From NCBI RefSeq assembly GCF_053078305.1, contig NZ_CP166879.1: a DNA stretch of 64,000 nucleotides. One strand, written 5' to 3'. Position 1 is the stretch's first letter; every line of letters starts with the position of its first letter. Shown here piece after piece: positions 57,962 through 64,000 of this stretch. A program made the position numbers and the translations under genes. The notes under the pieces were generated by a model that made no database searches, was not told the origin of the DNA, and saw only the letters and a program-made list of their open reading frames with translations.

Positions 57962-59160
57962 TGGCTCTGAACCTTGATTCTCTCGGTTTATCTGCAAAGG
58001 TAACCGCGGAGGGGATCAGTGCGCCTGATTATCAGACGATACTCAGCACCCTGATTAGCTATTTTCAGCAGATTTATGGCAGTGATGCCTACCTCGAACC
58101 GGACAGCAAAGACGGCCAGATGGTGGCTCTGATGGCGCTGGCGATTCATGATGCCAATAATATGGCGATAACTGTCTACAACTGTTTTTCACCGGCAACC
58201 GGCTATGGGGCTGCACTGACCAGTAACGTGAAAATAAATGGTATTTCACGTAAAGGCGCGACGAACTCTACGGTTGATTTGCTTCTTACAGGAACTGCCG
58301 GAACAACCATCATTAATGGCAGCGTGAAAGACAGTAATAATGTGATATGGCGTTTGCCTGCTTCAGTAGTGGTCGGCGTGGATGGTACAGTGATGGCGAC
58401 CGCAACATGTTCCGTCAGTGGTGCAGTGGCGGCGCTGGCTGGAACTATCACTGAAATTAATACGCCAACCCGTGGCTGGGTTTCGGTAACTAATCCTGCT
58501 GCGGCTACTGTGGGCACTCTGGCAGAAACTGACGCGGAGTTACGTATCCGTCAGTCGCAAAGTGTTGCGTTGCCATCAATAACCCCATTTGAAGCACTGG
58601 ATGGTGCTGTTTCTAATGTTACCGGTGTAACCCGCCACAAACTCTATGAAAACGATACTGGTTCGGAGGACGGTAACGGGTTACCGCCACACTCTGTTGC
58701 TGTAATTGTGGATGGCGGTGATGTGACGGATATTGCTCAGGCTATCAGAGGGAATAAAGGCCAGGGGACAGCCACTCACGGTACAACATCCGTTACGGTT
58801 CCGGATAAATACGGCAATCCCCATGTAATCAAATTCTCGCGTTCCAGTGATGTGCCTGTTTATGCCCGGATTAAATTAAAAGTTTTTACGGGTTATACCT
58901 CACAGATAGGGCAGCAGATCCAGCAGGCTATTTCCGACTATATCAATAGTTTGACGATTGGTGATTCGGTCCTTTTAAGTCGCATTTACTCACCGGCGAA
59001 TCTTGGCGTGGTGAGTGGCGGGAATGCACGCTATTACGATATTCAGGAACTGACGATTGGGAAATCCCCGGGGGCTTTGTCGTCATCAAACATTGATATC
59101 AGATACAACGAATCTGCGTCCTGTACCCCGGAAAATATCGTTATAACGGTGGAGTCATGA
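57961..59160 (+). CDS. Baseplate J-like protein
   Basis: 399 aa; size and position typical of baseplate J. Confidence 0.6.
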   Translation: MALNLDSLGLSAKVTAEGISAPDYQTILSTLISYFQQIYGSDAYLEPDSKDGQMVALMALAIHDANNMAITVYNCFSPATGYGAALTSNVKINGISRKGATNSTVDLLLTGTAGTTIINGSVKDSNNVIWRLPASVVVGVDGTVMATATCSVSGAVAALAGTITEINTPTRGWVSVTNPAAATVGTLAETDAELRIRQSQSVALPSITPFEALDGAVSNVTGVTRHKLYENDTGSEDGNGLPPHSVAVIVDGGDVTDIAQAIRGNKGQGTATHGTTSVTVPDKYGNPHVIKFSRSSDVPVYARIKLKVFTGYTSQIGQQIQQAISDYINSLTIGDSVLLSRIYSPANLGVVSGGNARYYDIQELTIGKSPGALSSSNIDIRYNESASCTPENIVITVES

Positions 59161-59837
59161 GCAAATACACCGAACTAATCACGAACTACCACGCCACCAA
59201 ACCTAAATTTCTTGCGCATGTTGATCTGATGACCCGGCCGCTTATTGATGTTGCGGCTGCCACCAGAGGGCTGATTACTGCATTTGATATTGACTCTGCG
59301 GTTGGTGTGCAACTTGACATTCTGGGATTGTGGATCGGACGTAGCCGTGTTGTCAGCCAGCCTATCTCAGGTGTCTATTTCAGCTGGGATACCGACGGGC
59401 TTGGATATGATCAGGGGGTATGGCAGGGACCATACGATCCTGATTCCGGATACATGTACCTCAGCGATGAAACTTATCGTGTCATTCTTAAAGCGAAGAT
59501 TGCGATTAATAACTGGGATGGACGGAATGATTCGCTTCCGGCAATTCTTGACGCTGCAACAGCAGGATCCGGGCTGCGAATGCAGATAGTCGATAACCAG
59601 GACATGACGATATCGGTCTGGGTCTTTCCTGATACTGATATTTCAGATGTATCGCGTGAGTTAATTGCGGCAATTAAACAGGGGTATCTCACAGTAAAAG
59701 CCGCCGGGGTATGGGCGGGTGGCATTGAAACACCTTCGGTGGAAACCCCATCGGAAGGCTCAAAATTTTTTGGTTTTGATATGGATAACGAATTCATCAG
59801 TGGTTTTGATGTAGGAGCATGGGGAGTATTACTCTGA
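59157..59837 (+). CDS. Baseplate wedge/tail fibre attachment protein (Mu gp48 / P2 I-like)
   Basis: 226 aa following baseplate J. Confidence 0.5.
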   Translation: MSKYTELITNYHATKPKFLAHVDLMTRPLIDVAAATRGLITAFDIDSAVGVQLDILGLWIGRSRVVSQPISGVYFSWDTDGLGYDQGVWQGPYDPDSGYMYLSDETYRVILKAKIAINNWDGRNDSLPAILDAATAGSGLRMQIVDNQDMTISVWVFPDTDISDVSRELIAAIKQGYLTVKAAGVWAGGIETPSVETPSEGSKFFGFDMDNEFISGFDVGAWGVLL

Positions 59838-60292
59838 TGGCGAAAAATGACTTTAAAGCGTTTGCAACGGATCGAAATGCCAATGTTATATCGCAGGAGG
59901 AATGGGAAGCGTTGCCCGCGCTTTTATCCGGATTTACAGCAGGGAAAGCCTCCAGTGCGCAAGTCAATAAGGTTATTCGGCAGGTCAGCTTTATTGCTGC
60001 AGCTCTGGCCCAGTTTGTAAGTGATAAAACGCAACGGGATGTGCTTGATAATGGTGATCTGCCCGGTTTTGTTGAATTGCTGGGATCGGGGTTTGCTGTT
60101 GAATACCTGAGCCGCAAGAATCCGTTTGGTGATATCAAATCGGATGGCACGGTGAAAACGGCTCTCGAAAACCTTGGTTTGGGAGAAGAGCACAGCGTTA
60201 AGCCGGGTTGTTTCTGCCTGCGTCAGCTTCCGCCCGGCCTGCAATTTCAGCTGAATCAGACTAATGGAAGCCATAGCCGCATCAATCAGTGA
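59819..60292 (+). CDS. Tail fibre, constant N-terminal part; truncated in the present orientation of the invertible segment
   Basis: ORF crosses the left recombination site at 60174 (…ALENLGLGE) and then reads antisense to tfa for about 40 codons to a stop. Confidence 0.55.
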   Translation: MGSITLMAKNDFKAFATDRNANVISQEEWEALPALLSGFTAGKASSAQVNKVIRQVSFIAAALAQFVSDKTQRDVLDNGDLPGFVELLGSGFAVEYLSRKNPFGDIKSDGTVKTALENLGLGEEHSVKPGCFCLRQLPPGLQFQLNQTNGSHSRINQ

Positions 60293-60715
60293 CTGGCGCC
60301 GTACTTCTGCCGCGTCTACTGCGGCGTTATGCTGTGCCTCAGTGTCGGTCACCCATTTCTCACCATCCCATTTATCGTATGACGTTAACGGGGCGATAGT
60401 GGTTGTATTTTCAGGGTAATCACCCGGAACTGTGATTTCTTTTGATTCTCCTGTTTCGGTGCTATAGACGATTTCACCGCGATGGTCTGGCACATATTCC
60501 CATGAGTTAAAATCTGCAGAACGGCAAATTGCATAACCAGCTTTATATGAGCCAGGAGCATCTAAACAGGAACATGCCGGGATACCGACACCCACAGCAA
60601 GATATTCAGTTGATGTGGAAATATATTCCCGTGTTTCACCATCATAATTATAAACGGTAATGTCTCCGGCCTTTGTGGCGATGAGTTCATTATTTAATAC
60701 AGCTTTACTTATCAT
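59924..60715 (-). CDS. Tail fibre assembly protein (Tfa/U-like); ORF currently reads through the left recombination site
   Basis: N-terminal 180 aa inside the segment resemble Tfa proteins (…SWEYVPDHRGEIVYSTETGESKEITVPGDYPENTTTIAPLTSYDKWDGEKWV…); last 83 codons lie outside the segment, antisense to the fibre gene. Confidence 0.6.
   Translation of the reverse strand: MISKAVLNNELIATKAGDITVYNYDGETREYISTSTEYLAVGVGIPACSCLDAPGSYKAGYAICRSADFNSWEYVPDHRGEIVYSTETGESKEITVPGDYPENTTTIAPLTSYDKWDGEKWVTDTEAQHNAAVDAAEVRRQSLIDAAMASISLIQLKLQAGRKLTQAETTRLNAVLFSQTKVFESRFHRAIRFDITKRILAAQVFNSKPRSQQFNKTGQITIIKHIPLRFITYKLGQSCSNKADLPNNLIDLRTGGFPCCKSG
60162..60187. repeat. Left recombination site of invertible segment (gix/hix-like, 26 bp)
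   Basis: ctctcgaaaacc-tt-ggtttgggagaa: two 12-bp quasi-palindromic half-sites around a 2-bp core, inverted copy at 61171..61196. Confidence 0.65.
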
Positions 60716-61184
60716 GCAGCCCTCACAATATAATTAAAGGCGATGTTACGGGAGCGGGTTTCAGATGCTGTGCGAACTGAGCGAGATGCGTCGAATGTCC
60801 AGTTATAAGCGCCATAACCCTCAATAATTTCGGCTTCCTTTAGACCTGTAGATAATACTTGCCCATGTTGACTAAATGGCCCTGAACTAAGTACGTCTCT
60901 AAAAAGCTGGGTACGCCCAAAAGAACCAACAATATTCTGAATTGCATCATTCTGTGCAGATAATAAGTTACGACCAGAGTCAATCCCGCGCCCATCATCC
61001 CAGCCACGAATAAATTCACCGCGTAAATCTGGTAATTTTAATGTTGGGTAAGCCTTTGCCAGATTTGGGTACTTTTCAGAAGAAAATACTGCTCCGTTAC
61101 ATTTTAGCCACCCCATTGGCGGAGTGGCTGAAGGCCACGGAACAGGCACACCAACCGGTAATGCAGAGCCTTCTCCCAAACCAA
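60174..61184. other. Invertible DNA segment (about 1 kb) carrying one tail-fibre C-terminus plus tfa cassette
   Basis: Flanked by inverted 26-bp sites (21 of 24 positions identical); invertase gene immediately adjacent. Confidence 0.65.
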
Positions 61185-61224
61185 CGTTTATGAAAATGCA
61201 GAAATAACGAGCAAATGGCATCAT
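60712..61224 (-). CDS. Tail fibre variable C-terminal cassette (tail-collar-like domain), silent in current orientation
   Basis: Open frame begins within the right recombination site (…NVGLGEGSALP…); GWLKCNGAVFSSEKYPNLAKAYPTLKLPDLRGEFIRGWDDGRGIDSGRNLLSAQNDAIQN resembles the phage tail collar domain. Confidence 0.6.
   Translation of the reverse strand: MMPFARYFCIFINVGLGEGSALPVGVPVPWPSATPPMGWLKCNGAVFSSEKYPNLAKAYPTLKLPDLRGEFIRGWDDGRGIDSGRNLLSAQNDAIQNIVGSFGRTQLFRDVLSSGPFSQHGQVLSTGLKEAEIIEGYGAYNWTFDASRSVRTASETRSRNIAFNYIVRAA
61171..61196. repeat. Right recombination site of invertible segment
   Basis: ttctcccaaacc-aa-cgtttatgaaaa, inverted copy of the left site. Confidence 0.65.
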
Positions 61225-61250
61225 TCCTGCTTTTGTCAGGGAGATCTACC

Positions 61251-61805
61251 ATGCTTATTGGCTATGTACGCGTATCAACAAATGACCAGAATACCGATCT
61301 ACAACGTAATGCGTTGAACTGTGCAGGATGCGAGCTGATTTTTGAAGACAAGATAAGCGGTACAAAGTCCGAAAGGCCGGGACTGAAAAAACTGCTCAGG
61401 ACATTATCGGCAGGTGACACTCTGGTTGTCTGGAAGCTGGATCGGCTGGGGCGTAGTATGCGGCATCTGGTCATTCTGGTTGAGGAGTTGCGCGAACGTG
61501 GCGTTAATTTTCGCAGCCTGACGGATGCTATTGATACCAGCACACCGATGGGGCGTTTTTTCTTTCATGTGATGGGGGCCCTGGCTGAAATGGAACGAGA
61601 ACTGATTGTTGAACGAACAAAAGCTGGACTGGAAGCTGCTCGCGCACAGGGACGAATTGGTGGACGTCGTCCCAAACTTACACCAGAACAATGGGCGCAG
61701 GCCGGGCGACTAATTGCATCAGGAGTTCCTCGCCAGAAGGTGGCGATCATTTATGATGTTGGCGTATCGACTTTGTATAAGAAGTTTCCGGTCGGAGATA
61801 AATGA
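61251..61805 (+). CDS. pin: Serine DNA invertase (Pin/Gin/Hin family)
   Basis: MLIGYVRVSTNDQNTDLQRNAL... with catalytic Ser and C-terminal HTH; closely resembles e14 Pin as recalled; ATG at 61251 after aggga. Confidence 0.88.
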   Translation: MLIGYVRVSTNDQNTDLQRNALNCAGCELIFEDKISGTKSERPGLKKLLRTLSAGDTLVVWKLDRLGRSMRHLVILVEELRERGVNFRSLTDAIDTSTPMGRFFFHVMGALAEMERELIVERTKAGLEAARAQGRIGGRRPKLTPEQWAQAGRLIASGVPRQKVAIIYDVGVSTLYKKFPVGDK

Positions 61806-61885
61806 AACCGTAGCACGTCGTATGCAAGAACGTGCCACGGCTGGCTGATAAGCTTGTAAAAATATTGAACAGGGAGTGGAGCATT

Positions 61886-62533
61886 CTATGAAGCTAATTT
61901 GTTTAATTTCATTTGTAGTGACTTTACTTCTTGGTCGATAATGTCGAATCCCTTATTGACAGCATCTCTTAGCTCTGCATCAATATTTTTTATCCCTTGA
62001 GCATAATCTACCATTATATTTATTTTTGCATCATGTAATCTCTTATACATGGTTTTATTTTTGTTATTGTCTGCCATGCCAATAAGGATTTTTTCATAAT
62101 CCTCAATGAGTTTGTTGTTTCCTTTAAATGATTGTATTAATGAGCGTGAATATGTGTATATGTTAATTATTGAGTCTCTAGCAGAATCATTTAGTTTTGC
62201 AATGACATTCGCATTTTGCTCATAGAATGTGAAATTATCATCCCCTACAGGGAATGTGAGAATCAACATTTGTCCCGGTTTTATATTATCAATGTGTGTT
62301 TTCATCCTTTTATTATATAAATTGATTAGGGTGAAAACTTCTCCCTTAACTCCTTTTAATACTGAAAGTTGTAATTCAAGGGATTCTCTTTCTGTCTCTA
62401 CTTTAGACAGCTTAGCTTGTTGGGTAACTCCTTTTAGGGTAAACCATCCGCCAATAAGAGTACCAACTAGAGCTGTGAGGGAGGAGGATAACCATCCAGG
62501 TATGCTATTTAAAAGATTACTAAATTCACTCAT
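61886..62533 (-). CDS. Membrane-anchored protein of unknown function (cargo at prophage right end)
   Basis: 215 aa; N-terminal TM helix (WLSSSLTALVGTLIGGWFTL), predicted coiled coil, N/K-rich soluble domain; AT-rich. Confidence 0.45.
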   Translation of the reverse strand: MSEFSNLLNSIPGWLSSSLTALVGTLIGGWFTLKGVTQQAKLSKVETERESLELQLSVLKGVKGEVFTLINLYNKRMKTHIDNIKPGQMLILTFPVGDDNFTFYEQNANVIAKLNDSARDSIINIYTYSRSLIQSFKGNNKLIEDYEKILIGMADNNKNKTMYKRLHDAKINIMVDYAQGIKNIDAELRDAVNKGFDIIDQEVKSLQMKLNKLAS

Positions 62534-62593
62534 TATAAGTACTCGCTAATATTGAACGATATATATATATCAAATTATTATAAAACTCGTCAG

Positions 62594-62935
62594 CTACTGG
62601 AGAAGGCTACCTGAACTTCGATCTATTCCTGCATCCATATAGTTGATGGTCTTCTGGAGCTCTTCGATTAGGGCAACAGCTTTTGCTCGAGAAATGCATA
62701 TTAGTTGATCCGGAAATTCTTGTAAGGGCCAGTTTGGTATACAGGCCATGTTATCAATGAAGGATGCAGACAAGTAAACTTCATTGGTAACCAGAGAATA
62801 GCTTACCTCAAAATTGGTGAGTTCCGGCAAACTGCTAACGTTTGACTCTTTTCTGCGCATAATATTATCCATGACTGTAATTATGTACAGGTGATGGTCT
62901 TCAATTTCGAAGAGGGAGTCAAGGGGGAGTCTCAA
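62594..62935 (-). CDS. Protein of unknown function (cargo, upstream partner)
   Basis: 113 aa, AT-rich, same strand as and 60 bp upstream of the 215-aa gene. Confidence 0.45.
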   Translation of the reverse strand: MRLPLDSLFEIEDHHLYIITVMDNIMRRKESNVSSLPELTNFEVSYSLVTNEVYLSASFIDNMACIPNWPLQEFPDQLICISRAKAVALIEELQKTINYMDAGIDRSSGSLLQ

Positions 62936-63062
62936 ATGAACCGTTATAGAAAAAGGGGGGGGATCTTTGTGTTGCTGAACTTATGCAAAATTTTTTTGCA
63001 CCATAAATCCAACAACACATTCAATAACACATTGCTGTATCACTATGAAAATAAATGTGTTT

Positions 63063-63119
63063 TTATTTGATTTCACACATATCACAATTGATGCATTTTT
63101 TAGTGATTAACAGCGCCAT
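63063..63119 (-). pseudogene. yfhL: Remnant of original yfhL 5' end (19 codons) at attR
   Basis: Minus-strand ATG at 63119 encodes [18 protein letters not shown] then stop; first 16 residues match YfhL N-terminus; diverges at the att core. Confidence 0.6.
63072..63089. repeat. attR core (18-bp direct repeat)
   Basis: ttcacacatatcacaatt identical to 22676..22693. Confidence 0.6.
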
Positions 63120-63174
63120 AAGGAAACTCTCAAAACAACACAAACCGGGCGGGCATTATACGCGCATTCTTTAC

Positions 63175-64000
63175 TCAGACCAGTTTTTTCACCAGCGCTT
63201 CACTATGACGAATACGTTCTGGTGCCAGTTCCAGATCCTGCTGAATCAGCGCAATGAACAGCAAATCCGTTAACATTCCCTGCGCGTGACAAGCAGAGAT
63301 TGAAGCACTGTTTGTCGCTTGTTCTTCGGCAATGGTATACAGGCAATGAGAAGCACGCTGTTGCAGGGCATTGGGAGTAAAGCCGGTAATCGCCAGCACT
63401 TTTCCGCCCACTCGCAGCATCTCATCTGCCGCCAGGTTTAACTCGCGTCGTACACCGGTGTAAGAAATGGCTAATAACAGATCGTCAGGGGACGACGCCT
63501 GTACGGTAGCGAGTAGCGCATGCATATCGCGCACTGCGGCAGCATTGAAGCCAATCTTCATCAGCTTCCAGGCAAAGTTTTGCGCCACCAGACCCGAAGC
63601 GCCAATACCGGTCAGAATTATCCGCCGCGCAGAGCGCAACATTGTTACGCATTCATGCAGTTTCTCTTCACTATTAACGTTTAGCGTTGCGTACATAGCG
63701 GCAGTATTTTCTTTAATCAGTTTTTCGCCGACCAGCCGTAACGGATCATCACCGCGGATTTGGTTATGAATGGGCACGGAGGGCGATTCCGGCTGGCTTG
63801 CCAGCGCTTCACTCAACGCCAACTTAAGCGCCGGAAAACCTTTATAGCCGAGTTTTTGCGCGAACTTCACGACGCTGGACTGACTGACTCCGGCTTCGTT
63901 GGCCAGTTGCTGAGAGCTTAAATGGCGCGCCGTATCAGGTTGTAGCAGCAGATAATCCGCCAGTTTTTTATCACTCTGGGCAAGCCCCTGGTAACGCTGA
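63175..64000 (-). CDS. yfhH: RpiR/MurR-family transcriptional regulator (YfhH-like); 5' end runs off window
   Basis: HTH region …LSSQQLANEAGVSQSSVVKFAQKLGYKGFPALKLALSEAL… followed by SIS domain; reading frame still open at window end. Confidence 0.8.
   Translation of the reverse strand, partial: QRYQGLAQSDKKLADYLLLQPDTARHLSSQQLANEAGVSQSSVVKFAQKLGYKGFPALKLALSEALASQPESPSVPIHNQIRGDDPLRLVGEKLIKENTAAMYATLNVNSEEKLHECVTMLRSARRIILTGIGASGLVAQNFAWKLMKIGFNAAAVRDMHALLATVQASSPDDLLLAISYTGVRRELNLAADEMLRVGGKVLAITGFTPNALQQRASHCLYTIAEEQATNSASISACHAQGMLTDLLFIALIQQDLELAPERIRHSEALVKKLV

Noticed and set aside
59924-60292. Apparent overlap of two opposite-strand coding genes (fibre and tfa)
   Set aside because: Not genuine overlapping genes: both ORFs read through the left recombination site into each other's antisense because the invertible segment is in the flipped orientation
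62560-62580. (TA)n simple repeats at 62565..62580 and 37854..37866 as possible Z-DNA or switch elements
   Set aside because: Short simple-sequence tracts in AT-rich intergenic DNA; more likely promoter or unwinding elements than an independent feature

Overview
This window is an Escherichia coli K-12-like chromosomal segment (pka/yfiQ to yfhH) interrupted by a roughly 40.4 kb mosaic myovirus-type prophage. The host part (1..22675) is syntenic with K-12: pka, yfiP, trxC, yfiF, ung, grcA, eamB, yfiE, srmB, yfiC, nadB, rpoE-rseABC, lepAB, rnc-era-recO-pdxJ-acpS, the type I toxin locus shoB/ohsC, and yfhL. The prophage (about 22676..63089) sits inside the 5' end of the ferredoxin-like gene yfhL, bounded by an 18-bp direct repeat; a 19-codon remnant of the original yfhL 5' end remains at the right junction next to yfhH (partial). 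The prophage encodes a tyrosine integrase, a self-contained replication module (SF2 helicase, VRR-NUC, family-A DNA polymerase, SSB-like protein, PD-(D/E)XK nuclease, primase-helicase with a downstream iteron array), lambdoid-style regulation (cI-like S24 repressor, Cro-like HTH, Q-like antiterminator), a lysis cassette (holin, lambda R-like transglycosylase, Rz with embedded Rz1), head genes, a contractile tail and baseplate, and a Pin/Gin-type invertase with a roughly 1 kb invertible tail-fibre segment. Several AT-rich cargo modules of unknown function interrupt otherwise conserved phage modules (25986..26783; 27126..28192; 30388..31017; 55951..56795; 61886..62935); these are the best candidates for an undescribed accessory, possibly anti-phage, system. 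Gene names and family assignments are from reading the translated ORFs and recalling known families; no database search was run. No rRNA, tRNA or CRISPR array was found.
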